DNA of 64,000 nt from Eubacteriales bacterium (GCA_045653945.1 JAZOML010000066.1:9900-73899), one strand, 5' to 3'. Shown: positions 42,113-54,273, counted from the first letter of the stretch. The notes: generated from the letters alone by a model not told the origin. A program made the numbers and translations.

Positions 42113-44626
42113 TTAATAAAGTGATTTGATGTGCCAAATGTTGTCCGCATAATCACGGATAGAACGGTCAGCCGCAAAGAAGCCTGCCGCCGCGATGTTG
42201 TGTAGTGCCTTTCTGTTCCAAAGCTCGCGGTTTGCGTAATCCTCAAGCATAACCTCGTGAGTTTTGAAGTAGGACTCAAAGTCTGCAAGACACATATACG
42301 GGTCGGCAACGCCGCCGTTACCTATAATAAGGTAATGGAGCATGTCCGCAAATGACATACCGTTAAATCCGACGGAAAGAGCGTCAACCGCATCGTGAAT
42401 ACGGCTATCGGTACGGTAATAATCTGATGCGTGGTAGCCTCTCTTCCAAAGCTCATCAACCTCGCCCGCAGTAAGACCGAAGATGTAAATATCGTCATCT
42501 CCGAGAAGCTGATGCATCTCAACGTTTGCGCCATCAAGCGTACCGCAGGTAAGAGCGCCGTTTATCATAAACTTCATATTTGAAGTACCGGACGCCTCTT
42601 TTCCCGCAAGAGAAATCTGCTCGCTTATATCCGCCGAGGGAATAAGCACCTCAGCCATAGATACGTTGTAGTCCTCCATAAAGACAACACGTATCTTTTC
42701 TCTTATTTTTGGGTTCTTTTCAATTTCGGCTGAAATTGCCCAAATAAGTTGAATAATACGCTTAGCCATATCGTAACCGGGGGCAGCCTTTGCACCGAAA
42801 ATAAAGGTTTGAGGCGGAATATCAAGGTCGGGATTCTTTACAAGGTCATTGTAAAGACTGATAACACGAAGCGCATTAAGAAGCTGACGCTTGTATTCGT
42901 GCAAACGCTTTACCTGAATATCAAATACAGAGGAGGGGTCAATAGCAATACCCGTTCTGTTTTTGACGTACTCGGCAAATCTTACCTTGTTGCCATACTT
43001 AATTTTTTCAAGTCTTTCAAGAACGGCCTTGTCGTTATCATATTTAAGGAAATCCTCAAGCCTTTCGGGATTCTTGCGGTAATCCGTGCCTATGCACTCG
43101 TCAAGCAGAGCGGCAAGTCCGGGGTTGGAGTAGCACAGCCAACGGCGGTGCGCAATACCGTTTGTAACGTTGGTGAACTTGTCGGGATCCTTTTTGCTGA
43201 AATTGCTGAATACGTCCTTAACAAGAATATCCGAGTGGAGCCTTGAAACACCGTTTACGGTGTGAGAGCCAACAATAGAGAGGTTAGCCATACGAACTCT
43301 GTTGTCGGCAACGATAGCCATTTTGGAAATTCTATCCCAATCTCCGGGGTATAGATTCCAAAGGTCAGCGCAGAATCGACGGTTAATTTCAACGATAATT
43401 TGATGAATTCTTGGCAAACGGAAGCGCATAATATCCTCACGCCACTGCTCAAGAGCCTCAGGCATAACCGTATGGTTAGTGTATGAAAATACTCTCGTTA
43501 CGGTATTCCAAGCTCTTTCCCAAGAATAAGAATAGCTATCCATAAGTATTCTCATAAGCTCGGGAATACAAAGAGTGGGGTGAGTATCGTTTAAGTGGAT
43601 TGCAACCTTACTTGCGAAATTGTCAAGTGTGCCGTAAGCGGCAAGGTGGTCGGCAATTATCGACTGAAGCGATGCGGAGCAAAGGAAATACTGCTGATTT
43701 AAGCGAAGCAGCTTACCCTCGTCGTGGTTGTCGGACGGGTAGAGAACCTTTGAGATAATCTCAGTGTTGCTGGATTGCTCCATAGCCTTCATATATTGTC
43801 CCTGTGAGAACAATGACATATTGAAGTTGGTTACGTTGTGCGCTCTCCAAAGACGCAGATAGTTACAAGCCTCGGTATCAGCTCCCGAAATCATAAGGTC
43901 GTAGGGAACAGCTCTTACCTCGTCGCAGTTTTCATAAATTATTTCAAGCCTTCCGTTATCCCATTTTTCACGCATTGTACCGCCGAATTTAACGGTATAA
44001 GCCTTATCGGAACGGGGAACGAGCCAACACTCGCCCGAAGGGAGCCAAGTGTCTGGCAGCTCGACCTGCATACCGTCAACAATTTTTTGACGGAACAGAC
44101 CATACTCATAGCAGATTGAAAATCCCGTTGCGGGATAACCAAGAGTGGTGAGCGAATCCATAAAGCAGGCGGCAAGACGTCCAAGTCCGCCGTTTCCGAG
44201 TCCCGCATCGTTTTCTACGTTATATATTTTGTCAATATCAAAGCCGTAGTCGGAAAGAAGCTCACGGTACTCATCGTCAAGTCCGAGATTGCAAAGATTG
44301 GTTTTGAGTGAACGTCCCACAAGGAACTCCATACACATATAGTAAATGCGTTTTGCGTGAGTTTTCTTGACCAAATTGTGCTGGTCGGCTCTCTTACGCA
44401 TAAGAATATCCTTGACAGAGAGAACAACGGAACGGTAAATCTGCTCCTCGGTTGCCTCACTTGGTAGAACACCGTAGTATCTTTTGAGCTTGGACTCAAC
44501 TGCCTCCCTTATGCTTTCCTTGGTCAGCTGCTCAGGTAATACCTTTGTTGCAGTCTTTTTGGCGGGAGCCTTTGCAGTAGTTTTCTTTTTTGTTGTAGTG
44601 GTTGTTGTTTTCTTTGTGGTTGCCAT
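42113..44626 (-). CDS. glgP: Glycogen/maltodextrin phosphorylase with a Thr/Lys-rich N-terminal tail
   Basis: 837 aa. PLP-site motif EASGTSNMKFMINGA and GT35 layout. The first about 32 residues are MATTKKTTTTTTKKKTTAKAPAKKTATK. Confidence 0.93.
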   Translation of the reverse strand: MATTKKTTTTTTKKKTTAKAPAKKTATKVLPEQLTKESIREAVESKLKRYYGVLPSEATEEQIYRSVVLSVKDILMRKRADQHNLVKKTHAKRIYYMCMEFLVGRSLKTNLCNLGLDDEYRELLSDYGFDIDKIYNVENDAGLGNGGLGRLAACFMDSLTTLGYPATGFSICYEYGLFRQKIVDGMQVELPDTWLPSGECWLVPRSDKAYTVKFGGTMREKWDNGRLEIIYENCDEVRAVPYDLMISGADTEACNYLRLWRAHNVTNFNMSLFSQGQYMKAMEQSSNTEIISKVLYPSDNHDEGKLLRLNQQYFLCSASLQSIIADHLAAYGTLDNFASKVAIHLNDTHPTLCIPELMRILMDSYSYSWERAWNTVTRVFSYTNHTVMPEALEQWREDIMRFRLPRIHQIIVEINRRFCADLWNLYPGDWDRISKMAIVADNRVRMANLSIVGSHTVNGVSRLHSDILVKDVFSNFSKKDPDKFTNVTNGIAHRRWLCYSNPGLAALLDECIGTDYRKNPERLEDFLKYDNDKAVLERLEKIKYGNKVRFAEYVKNRTGIAIDPSSVFDIQVKRLHEYKRQLLNALRVISLYNDLVKNPDLDIPPQTFIFGAKAAPGYDMAKRIIQLIWAISAEIEKNPKIREKIRVVFMEDYNVSMAEVLIPSADISEQISLAGKEASGTSNMKFMINGALTCGTLDGANVEMHQLLGDDDIYIFGLTAGEVDELWKRGYHASDYYRTDSRIHDAVDALSVGFNGMSFADMLHYLIIGNGGVADPYMCLADFESYFKTHEVMLEDYANRELWNRKALHNIAAAGFFAADRSIRDYADNIWHIKSLY

Positions 44627-44670
44627 TTGTTTATTTGGACCTTTCCTTAGAGTTTTACATATGTTTAGTC

Positions 44671-46104
44671 TTAATCGAGGTCAAGAACCTCATTATAAAG
44701 TGCTGTGTATTCGTTTGCTGAAACGTTCCACGAGAAGTCTATCTTCATAATCTTTGAAACGAGAGCTGTCCACTTATCCTTGTAGTCGCGGCAAAGACCG
44801 ACTGCCTTGCGAAGAGTAAATAGCATATCGTGGGCATTGTAGTTTGCGAAGGTGAAGCCGTTTCCATCGCCCGTTTCGTCGTTGTAATACTTGATAGTAT
44901 CGTAAAGACCGCCCGTTTCTCTTACTACGGGGACGGTACCGTATCTTGAAGCAATCATTTGTGCAAGACCGCAGGGCTCGCTCTTTGAGGGCATAAGGAA
45001 GATGTCGGCAGCGCCGTAAATCTTCTTAGAAAGTGCCTTATCGTAAGCAATAATAGCCTTTACCTTGTCGGGATACTTTTCCTCAAGACGTTTAAAGAAA
45101 TTTTCAAATCCGGGGTCGCCTGTGCCGAGAACCACGAGCTGTACGTCATCCTGCAGAAACTCATCGGCAACTCTTGTTACAAGGTCAAGTCCTTTATGGG
45201 AGGTAAGTCTTGTAATCATTGCAACCATAGGAACGTCCTTAACGGGAAGTCCGATTTCTTTTTGAAATGCTATCTTATTCTTAGCTTTTCCGGCAATTGT
45301 ACGGTATTTTGCATACAAATCGGGGTCAGTTAGAGGATTGTAGTAGCTCTGGTCGATACCATTTATAATACCGCAGGTCTTAAATGCATACTGATTTATA
45401 ATATCGTGAAGTCCCGACGAATACTCAGGTGTGCAAATCTGCTTTGCATAGGTGGGGCTGACGGTAGTCAGTCTGTCGCAGCATACGATAGCACCCTTAG
45501 TTAAGTTAATAGCACCGTTGTAGTCAACAATAGACGCATACTCGGGAGCAAGGTCAAAAACGTCGCCAAGAATTGAGTGGTCGTAAACACCCTGATATTC
45601 AATATTGTGAATAGAGTGAACTACTCTTATCGGTCTGTACGAATAGCTTTCGTTTCTGTAAATTTGCTTTAAGTATATTCCGACAAGAGCCGATTGCCAA
45701 TCGTTGGTGTGCAAAATGTCGGGGAAGAAGTCAATACGGGGAAGCATATCGAGAACCGCTTTTGAAAAGAAAGCGTATCTTTCGCCGTCGTCAAAGCTTC
45801 CGTAAAGCGAAGCTCGGTTGAAATAATACTCATTGTCAATAAAATAATAGGTTACCCCGTTATGGTTTGCCGTATGAATGCCGCAATACTGATTTCTCCA
45901 CGAAAGTCTTACGTTGAAATCGCAAAGATAGTCTATATTTTTGAATTTGTTTTTTATTGAGCTGTAATAGGGGATAACAACTCTTGCATCAATGCCCTTT
46001 TTGCAAAGAGCTGCGGGGAGTGAGCCTATTACGTCTGCAAGTCCGCCCGTCGAGGCAAAGGGAAGAGCCTCCGATGCAACGAACAAAACCTTAAATTTAG
46101 CCAT
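44671..46104 (-). CDS. glgA: Glycogen synthase (ADP-glucose type)
   Basis: 477 aa. N-terminal KVLFVASEALPFASTGGLADV motif. Confidence 0.93.
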   Translation of the reverse strand: MAKFKVLFVASEALPFASTGGLADVIGSLPAALCKKGIDARVVIPYYSSIKNKFKNIDYLCDFNVRLSWRNQYCGIHTANHNGVTYYFIDNEYYFNRASLYGSFDDGERYAFFSKAVLDMLPRIDFFPDILHTNDWQSALVGIYLKQIYRNESYSYRPIRVVHSIHNIEYQGVYDHSILGDVFDLAPEYASIVDYNGAINLTKGAIVCCDRLTTVSPTYAKQICTPEYSSGLHDIINQYAFKTCGIINGIDQSYYNPLTDPDLYAKYRTIAGKAKNKIAFQKEIGLPVKDVPMVAMITRLTSHKGLDLVTRVADEFLQDDVQLVVLGTGDPGFENFFKRLEEKYPDKVKAIIAYDKALSKKIYGAADIFLMPSKSEPCGLAQMIASRYGTVPVVRETGGLYDTIKYYNDETGDGNGFTFANYNAHDMLFTLRKAVGLCRDYKDKWTALVSKIMKIDFSWNVSANEYTALYNEVLDLD

Positions 46105-46118
46105 AATGTTTTCCTTTC

Positions 46119-47252
46119 TTATATCATTCTACCCTTTTCAACGTAGATAGGCATACTTTCGTGTCCGGAGAGTACTCTGCCGTCGCGAATTACTGCGTTC
46201 TTGTCGGTAACGACACAGTTAAGATAAACGTTGTCTGATACAATCGTGTCTTGGAAAAGAATAGAGTTTTTAACCACTGCTCCGTGTCCGATTTTAACAC
46301 CTCTGAACAGTATACAGTTGTCAACCTCGCCCTCAATAATGCAACCGTCAGCAATAAGAGAATCGGTTACACAGGACGAGCCAACGTACTTTGTGGGAGC
46401 TGAATTTCTTACCTTTGTAAATATCGGACGTTCCTCAACCGCAAAGAGAGAATTTCTGATTTCCTCGTTGTCGAGAAGCTCCATACTTGTCTGGAAATAT
46501 TGTTCAAACGAGGAAATACTTGCGCTGTATCCGGTGTGCTTATATACCTGCATATTGTAGATGCCGATATTTCTGCCGAGTACGTCGTGATTGAAGCTGT
46601 CAAAGCCGTGTGCTATGGCATTTGAAACCTCACGGATAAGCAAATCCTTGTTCATAACCCAAATGTGTAGGCATTCATCGTAGGTCTGACCAACCTCAGG
46701 GCAAATTGTGTAAACGTCAGTTATCTTGTTGTTTTCGTCCGAGTCGATAATTGCATACTTTACATCGTCGGGCTCGGTCTTTGTAACGGTTTTTACAACC
46801 ATTGTAATATCCGCATTTGCGTCGGTATGATATTTAAGCAGAGCGTCCATATCGAGGTTGCAAATAACGTCGCAATCCGAAAGAACAACAAGCTCCTCTT
46901 CTATATGCTGAATAGAGTGGATTACGCTCTTTAGAGCCTCAAGACGGGTATTGTAAAGAGTGTTTGTTGTATTTGCGTAAGCGGTGATATAGGGAGGAAG
47001 AATTTTAATTCCACCCTTTCTTCTTGCAAGGTCCCAGTCCTTACCTGTACCGATATGGTCCATTAAGGAGTGGTAATTGTAATGCGCGATAACGTTAATG
47101 TTGGTAATACCGCAGTTTACCATATTGGAAAGAGCAAAGTCTATAAGACGGTAACGGCAGGCAAAGGGAATTGACGCCATTGTGCGCTGCTTTGTAAGCT
47201 CGGATATAGAGTTATCGTGCAGATTTGAAAAGATTATTCCTGCTGCGTTCAT
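46119..47252 (-). CDS. glgD: Glucose-1-phosphate adenylyltransferase regulatory subunit GlgD
   Basis: 377 aa. It is a GlgC paralog lacking the GGxGxRL motif, with a left-handed beta-helix C-terminus. Its position between glgC and glgA matches Firmicutes operons. Confidence 0.85.
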   Translation of the reverse strand: MNAAGIIFSNLHDNSISELTKQRTMASIPFACRYRLIDFALSNMVNCGITNINVIAHYNYHSLMDHIGTGKDWDLARRKGGIKILPPYITAYANTTNTLYNTRLEALKSVIHSIQHIEEELVVLSDCDVICNLDMDALLKYHTDANADITMVVKTVTKTEPDDVKYAIIDSDENNKITDVYTICPEVGQTYDECLHIWVMNKDLLIREVSNAIAHGFDSFNHDVLGRNIGIYNMQVYKHTGYSASISSFEQYFQTSMELLDNEEIRNSLFAVEERPIFTKVRNSAPTKYVGSSCVTDSLIADGCIIEGEVDNCILFRGVKIGHGAVVKNSILFQDTIVSDNVYLNCVVTDKNAVIRDGRVLSGHESMPIYVEKGRMI

Positions 47253-47285
47253 ATTTATATACCGTAATTCCTTTCTGTCGTTATT

Positions 47286-48482
47286 TTAAGACTTGAGAGC
47301 ATCGGCGTTTACCATTGCGCCGACCTCAATTGTGTGCTCGGGGGTAACGGTGAGATTGCATCCGATAACGGTAATACCCTTTGCCGTTTCCTTGCTTTCG
47401 CCTATTTTGACGCCTGCCTTGATGGTAACGCCGCTGTCGATGATTGAATACTCAACGGTAGCGCCGTCCTCAATTGTTGCGCCGGGAAGGATTATACTGT
47501 CAACAACCCTTGCGCCCTTGCCAATCTTGACGGAATTAAATATAACACTGTCTTTAACAAGACCGTTTACCACGCAGCCCTCGGTGATTATTGAATTTTC
47601 AATAAATGAGGACTTGCCTGCAAAATGCGGTGGGAGTGGATTGTTGCGGAAGAAAATTCTCCAAGAACGGTCGTGAATATTGAACGAGGGTTGAGAGCCG
47701 AGCAGGTCCATATTCGCTTCCCAAAGGCTTTGAATTGTTCCAACGTCCTTCCAATATCCTTCAAAATCGTAAGCGTACATTTTCTCCCCAGCCTTGAGCA
47801 TTTCGGGGATTATGTTCTTACCGAAATCGTTTGAGGAGTCGGGATTTGCCTCGTCGGCAATAAGGTACTTGAAAAGCTCTTTTTTGGTGAAAATATAAAT
47901 ACCCATTGAAGCCTTTGTGCTCTTGGGATTCTTGGGCTTTTCCTCGAACTCGAAAATCGAACCGTCGGGATTGGTGTTCATAATACCAAAGCGACTAGCC
48001 TCGGAAAGCGGAACGTCAAGAACCGCAATGGTACACGCAGCACCCATCTTCTTGTGATACTGCAGCATAGCATTATAGTCCATTTTGTAAATATGGTCGC
48101 CCGAAAGAATTATGACGTACTCAGGGTCGTAAAGGTCGATAAAATCCATATTCTGATAAATAGCATTTGCCGTACCCTTGTACCACTCAGAGCTTTTGTG
48201 TCCCTGATAGGGAGGGAGAACACGGACGCCGCCGTAAACACGGTCAAGGTCCCAAGGCTCGCCGTTTCCGATGTACTCATTAAGCACAAGCGGCTGATAC
48301 TGCGTAAGAACACCAACGGTGTCAATTCCGGAATTTATGCAGTTTGATAAAGGAAAATCGATTATTCGGTATTTGCCACCGAAAGGAACAGCGGGTTTTG
48401 CGGTTTTTTCTGTCAGTGTGTAAAGACGGCTACCCTGACCGCCTGCGAGTAGCATTGCTACGCATTCTTTTTTCTTTAACAT
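47286..48482 (-). CDS. glgC: Glucose-1-phosphate adenylyltransferase
   Basis: 398 aa. Motifs [33 protein letters not shown]. Confidence 0.93.
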   Translation of the reverse strand: MLKKKECVAMLLAGGQGSRLYTLTEKTAKPAVPFGGKYRIIDFPLSNCINSGIDTVGVLTQYQPLVLNEYIGNGEPWDLDRVYGGVRVLPPYQGHKSSEWYKGTANAIYQNMDFIDLYDPEYVIILSGDHIYKMDYNAMLQYHKKMGAACTIAVLDVPLSEASRFGIMNTNPDGSIFEFEEKPKNPKSTKASMGIYIFTKKELFKYLIADEANPDSSNDFGKNIIPEMLKAGEKMYAYDFEGYWKDVGTIQSLWEANMDLLGSQPSFNIHDRSWRIFFRNNPLPPHFAGKSSFIENSIITEGCVVNGLVKDSVIFNSVKIGKGARVVDSIILPGATIEDGATVEYSIIDSGVTIKAGVKIGESKETAKGITVIGCNLTVTPEHTIEVGAMVNADALKS

Positions 48483-48518
48483 AAAACCTCCGATGTATTT
48501 AATAAATTTTTTTATTGC

Positions 48519-50474
48519 TTAAATTTCAATTTCCTCGTCGCTGCCGGGGGCAAAATATGCCGCCGAAAGAGGAGGGAGTGAAAAGGTTGTTACACCGTTT
48601 TCAAAAATAAGCTCCTGCGGTATTTCCTCGTTACCGCCAAAACGCTTGTCCTCGGTAAAGAACACGCATTTCCACTTTAAATCCTTAACCCTTGAACGTT
48701 TTGAACGGCGGAGCGCCTCATCGCCGCCTGCAATGGCAAGCTTGTAGTTTGCTATATAAGAGCCGGAAAAGTTAAAAATACATATAAGCTTTTCGCCTTT
48801 AGCTCCGATACGCTCATAGGCAAGTAAATTCAGCTCGCTCTCGTCCGCAAGTAGCCACTTGAAGCCGTTCCACGAAAAATCGTCCTGCCAAAGAGCATTG
48901 TTTTCAAGATAGAAATTGTTTAAATTTGCCGTGTAACGCTTTAAATCTCTATGTGTCTGATAGTCAAGCATAAACCACTCAAGCTGATTTTCGTAGTCCC
49001 ACTCACGGAACTGACCGTATTCCGTACCCATAAAGGTAAGCTTTTTGCCGGGGTGCGCCATCTGATGCGCCATAAACAAGCGTATTCCCCTGAACTTATT
49101 TTCATAAGAACCGAATTGCTTATTTATCAGCGAAAGCTTTCCGTGAACAACCTCATCGTGAGAAACGGGAAGAATAAAATTCTCACTGAAAGCGTACATC
49201 ATTGAGAAGTTGAGCTTTGAGTGCTTGTGTTTGCGGAAAATCGGGTCGGTTTGTACGTAATCGTACATATCGTTTGCCCAGCCCATATTCCACTTGAAAT
49301 TAAATCCAAGTCCACCGTCATCAGGCGGCGCAGTTATCTTTAAATTAGCCGTTGACTCCTCGGCAATCATAAGCACGTCGGGATGCCTTCCGAGAACCTC
49401 GCTGTTTAACTTTCTAAAGAAGGCAATCGCTTCAAGATTTTTGTTGTCGCCAAAGGTATTTGGTACCCACTTGCCCGGCTCTCTGTCAAAATCAAGATAA
49501 AGCATAGAGGCAACCGCATCAATGCGAAGCCCGTCTATATGATACTTTTCAATCCAAAACAGAGCACTTGATATAAGGAAGGACTGTACCTCGTTTCGCC
49601 CAACGTCAAAATATCTTGTGCCCCAGCTGTCGCTTTCCACTCGGTCATCGCCCTGATACTCATAAAGCCTTGTACCGTCGAACTTATAAAGTCCGTGCTC
49701 GTCCTTTGGAAAATGAGCAGGTACCCAGTCAAGAATTACGCCGATGCCGTTTTTGTGAAGCGTGTCAACGAAATACATAAAATCGGCAGGAGTGCCAAAT
49801 CGAGAGGTAGGCGCAAAATATGAGCATACCTGATAACCCCAAGAGCCGTCATACGGATACTCGGTTATCGGCAACAGCTCAACGTGGGTGTATCCCATTT
49901 CCTTGACGTAGGGAACAAGCTGGTCGGCTATTTCCCGATAGTTAAGATAGGCATCGGGATTGTCTACCGTACTCTTTCCGTCCCTTGTACGCCAGGATGC
50001 AAGATGCATTTCATAAATATTGATAGGACAGGCAAACTTGCCCTTGTCCGATACCTTAACCGTCTTTTTGCGGTGGGTAAGCCAATAAGCATCACCCCAC
50101 TTGTGAGAGGGAAGTCTTGAAACGACAGTTGCGGTCTTTTCAAGTGTTTGCGATTGAAATGCATAAGGGTCGGCTTTCAGTACAGTTTTGCCGTCCTTTG
50201 TGATAGCATACTTGTAGGTAGAGCCGAGAGGCACCTCGCTTGACGGAAGCTTAATAAACCAAACTCCCATACTCGTTTCCTTAGTGAGTGGGTGGCTTTC
50301 TCTGTTCCAACCGTTGAAATCACCGCAAAGCGTTACAGAGTCGGCATTTGGAGCCCAAACCCTGAAAATTGCCGTTTGACCGACAAAATGAAGCCCAAGG
50401 TACTTGTATGCAAAATAATTTGTGCCCTGATGAAAAAGGTATGCAGGCAGATTGTCTGTGTTTTGCTTTGCCAA
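48519..50474 (-). CDS. glgB: 1,4-alpha-glucan branching enzyme
   Basis: GH13 motifs GVILDWVPAHF, GLRIDAVASM and MIAEEST. Start assigned to TTG 50474, 8 nt after GGAGGA. The ORF-track start at 50501 is also TTG but has no RBS. Confidence 0.9.
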   Translation of the reverse strand: MAKQNTDNLPAYLFHQGTNYFAYKYLGLHFVGQTAIFRVWAPNADSVTLCGDFNGWNRESHPLTKETSMGVWFIKLPSSEVPLGSTYKYAITKDGKTVLKADPYAFQSQTLEKTATVVSRLPSHKWGDAYWLTHRKKTVKVSDKGKFACPINIYEMHLASWRTRDGKSTVDNPDAYLNYREIADQLVPYVKEMGYTHVELLPITEYPYDGSWGYQVCSYFAPTSRFGTPADFMYFVDTLHKNGIGVILDWVPAHFPKDEHGLYKFDGTRLYEYQGDDRVESDSWGTRYFDVGRNEVQSFLISSALFWIEKYHIDGLRIDAVASMLYLDFDREPGKWVPNTFGDNKNLEAIAFFRKLNSEVLGRHPDVLMIAEESTANLKITAPPDDGGLGFNFKWNMGWANDMYDYVQTDPIFRKHKHSKLNFSMMYAFSENFILPVSHDEVVHGKLSLINKQFGSYENKFRGIRLFMAHQMAHPGKKLTFMGTEYGQFREWDYENQLEWFMLDYQTHRDLKRYTANLNNFYLENNALWQDDFSWNGFKWLLADESELNLLAYERIGAKGEKLICIFNFSGSYIANYKLAIAGGDEALRRSKRSRVKDLKWKCVFFTEDKRFGGNEEIPQELIFENGVTTFSLPPLSAAYFAPGSDEEIEI

Positions 50475-50533
50475 ATCGTTTTTCCTCCGTAATTTTTGCA
50501 AGAATTACCGCTATTTTATACTTTTATGTTAAT

Positions 50534-50562
50534 ATTATACTCCTATAATATAACCGTGTCAA
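50534..50562 (-). promoter_or_regulatory. Sigma-A-type promoter (TTGACA-17-TATAAT) for the glg operon
   Basis: Minus-strand hexamers at 50562-50557 and 50539-50534 with a 17-nt spacer. Confidence 0.7.
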
Positions 50563-50649
50563 GAGGTTTTGTTAACAAATACATAGAATATTCGTAAACA
50601 AAATATTCCAAACTGACTTATTGTGGTAAAATATTGTAAAAATATCCGT

Positions 50650-50955
50650 TTAAATTGTGCTTTTTGACGAATAATTTGAAAATACTTCCTTTTTCTTGTT
50701 CAAATACATAGTTTTAGTAGCCTCTCCGCCTCTGATGTGCCTTTCTGCCTTGTTTTTTGCAAGTATTTCGCTAACTGCTGCAAAAAGTGGCGGATTTACA
50801 CTCCTTAGCCTCTTTGAAACGTCCTTGTGCACAGTAGACTTTGATAGCCCGAAATAAGCCGCTGCCCCACGCACAGTATCGCCAGTTGTAATTATGTAAC
50901 GTGCAATAATCTCGCACCTGTCATCGCCCTGCCCCCAAAAAACCTTGCCTGCCAC
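50650..50955 (-). CDS. spoIIID: Sporulation transcription regulator SpoIIID
   Basis: GTG start 9 nt after GGAGGG. FGLSKSTVHKDV HTH and RHIRGGEATK motifs are diagnostic of SpoIIID. Confidence 0.9.
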   Translation of the reverse strand: MAGKVFWGQGDDRCEIIARYIITTGDTVRGAAAYFGLSKSTVHKDVSKRLRSVNPPLFAAVSEILAKNKAERHIRGGEATKTMYLNKKKEVFSNYSSKSTI

Positions 50956-51046
50956 CTGTGATAGCCCTCCGAAAATAAAAATTATGCTTTAAACAATAAA
51001 TTTTTACTTCCGTTTTTTAATGTATATGCGGACATAAAGAGATTTA

Positions 51047-51075
51047 TTGACAAAAGGGATAATTTATGTTATAAT
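51047..51075 (+). promoter_or_regulatory. Sigma-A-type promoter (TTGACA-17-TATAAT)
   Basis: Perfect hexamers at 51047-51052 and 51070-51075, 28 nt upstream of ATG 51104. Confidence 0.7.
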
Positions 51076-51103
51076 TATTTATCTTCAATTTTAGGAGTTT
51101 TAA

Positions 51104-52033
51104 ATGTCTAATTGGGCAAGAGCGAGCTTGTTTAGTGCAGCAAGAAAATGTTTCCCTTGTAAATTCAACAATGGTATAACAACGGAAGTTTTAACATTAC
51201 TTGCTGAACACTGTGCTAGAAAAATTAAACGAATAACAAAGGTTGTTGTAAATGGAGCCAGCGTAACGTGTTCGATAGAATCTCAATCAAGATTATCTAC
51301 TTGGGATTTTACAGTTGATTTCAATGATTGGGGGCATATATCTTCTGCGTATTGGTACACGTCATCAAACTCGGACTCGTTGATTCCGAAGTGTTTTTCC
51401 CAAGCTTTAGCCGATGAAATTAAAAGTTATTTTATTAGAAACGGCATATATGTTGAAGAATATGGCAAACTTGTTGAAAATAATGGATTTATAGTATCTG
51501 AAGATTTGATTGATATTAATCAAAAAAAGTTAAAGTACATAGGTCAGACTGTTACTACAAATTATTCATCAAACGACTATAAAAAAGAGCATATTTTTGT
51601 TGCAGTGTCGTTGTTATTAAAGGCAGGATTTGTTAGAATAAAAGCAGTGCCGATTAAAGAGGCGACTAAAAGAAACAAAAAACAATTTTTTCAAATTAAA
51701 AGTATAACAATAGATGGTGAAGTATCTTTTGAAAAGGGGAAAAAGTTCCCTAAAAACAGCAAAGTATTGATTAAATATTATTTGAAGAAAAAGATTAAAA
51801 TGCCATATTCCAAAGAAAATTTAATGAATAAAAATTGTCATAATGTTGCAGAGAAAATGAGGGATTTAGGTTTTGTCGAAGTTAAACTTCATCCAATTAA
51901 AGATTTGGTGTGGGGGATTTTAAAAAAGGATGAATCTATCGAAAGCATTTCTATCGGTTATTGCGATATAGAAAAAGGTAAGGAATATGAGTATGATAAA
52001 AGAATAGATATATATTATCACACTTTTAAATAG
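51104..52033 (+). CDS. Hypothetical protein, AT-rich orphan, with a tandem C-terminal repeat of about 70 aa
   Basis: 309 aa. RBS AGGAG. No signal peptide or TM helix. Residues about 157-227 and 238-306 are an internal duplication (GFV..K..PIK...KK...I.SI.I....EKGK....K.I.I.YY). No family recognised. Confidence 0.7.
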   Translation: MSNWARASLFSAARKCFPCKFNNGITTEVLTLLAEHCARKIKRITKVVVNGASVTCSIESQSRLSTWDFTVDFNDWGHISSAYWYTSSNSDSLIPKCFSQALADEIKSYFIRNGIYVEEYGKLVENNGFIVSEDLIDINQKKLKYIGQTVTTNYSSNDYKKEHIFVAVSLLLKAGFVRIKAVPIKEATKRNKKQFFQIKSITIDGEVSFEKGKKFPKNSKVLIKYYLKKKIKMPYSKENLMNKNCHNVAEKMRDLGFVEVKLHPIKDLVWGILKKDESIESISIGYCDIEKGKEYEYDKRIDIYYHTFK

Positions 52034-52072
52034 AAAAACCGAGGTTGAAAATCAACCTCGGTTTTATTTTTA
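52034..52072. terminator. Bidirectional intrinsic terminator (orphan gene / groEL)
   Basis: AAAAACCGAGGTTGA-AAA-TCAACCTCGGTTTTATTTTT. Confidence 0.9.
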
Positions 52073-52115
52073 TGCTGTGGGCGGGAGCACGTAAGCGGTG
52101 TCGAGCGTTCTCGAC

Positions 52116-53762
<1,647 letters not shown>

Positions 53763-53784
53763 TTAAAATGTACCTGCCTTTCGA

Positions 53785-54075
<291 letters not shown>

Positions 54076-54093
54076 TTACCTCCGTTTTATGTT

Positions 54094-54120
54094 TTAGCAC
54101 TTGGTGTAAATGAGTGCTAA
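54094..54120 (-). promoter_or_regulatory. CIRCE operator (HrcA binding site)
   Basis: TTAGCACTT-N9-GAGTGCTAA, matching the CIRCE consensus TTAGCACTC-N9-GAGTGCTAA, between the promoter and groES. Confidence 0.92.
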
Positions 54121-54131
54121 CGCTAATTGTT

Positions 54132-54159
54132 ATTGTACTCAAAAAGTAGCTAAATGCAA
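54132..54159 (-). promoter_or_regulatory. Sigma-A-type promoter (TTGCAT-16-TACAAT) for groESL
   Basis: Minus-strand hexamers at 54159-54154 and 54137-54132, directly upstream of CIRCE. Confidence 0.6.
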
Positions 54160-54240
54160 TACCTTCGAGCGATAATTCACACAGTTTTAACATTTATATT
54201 CACGCCTTTGTATAAAATATGATAAATGGAAAAACAGTAT

Positions 54241-54273
54241 GCAAAAGGCTCGCCGTATTTACAGCGAGCCTTA
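54241..54273 (-). terminator. Intrinsic terminator after ftsZ
   Basis: The minus-strand RNA reads AAGGCUCGC-UGUAAAUACG-GCGAGCCUU followed by UUGC. Confidence 0.7.

Noticed and set aside
44531-44626. ACA/AAA-rich tract at the glgP 5' end as a slippage-prone microsatellite or phase-variation site
   Set aside because: The tract is imperfect (mixed ACC/ACA/ACT/AAG/AAA codons) with no long homopolymer. It is treated as a low-complexity protein tail instead.
50956-51046. Sigma-E-type promoter for spoIIID
   Set aside because: The minus-strand sequence contains GCATATACAT, vaguely like the sigma-E -10 element (CATACA-T). I could not find a convincing -35 element at the right spacing, so no feature was called.
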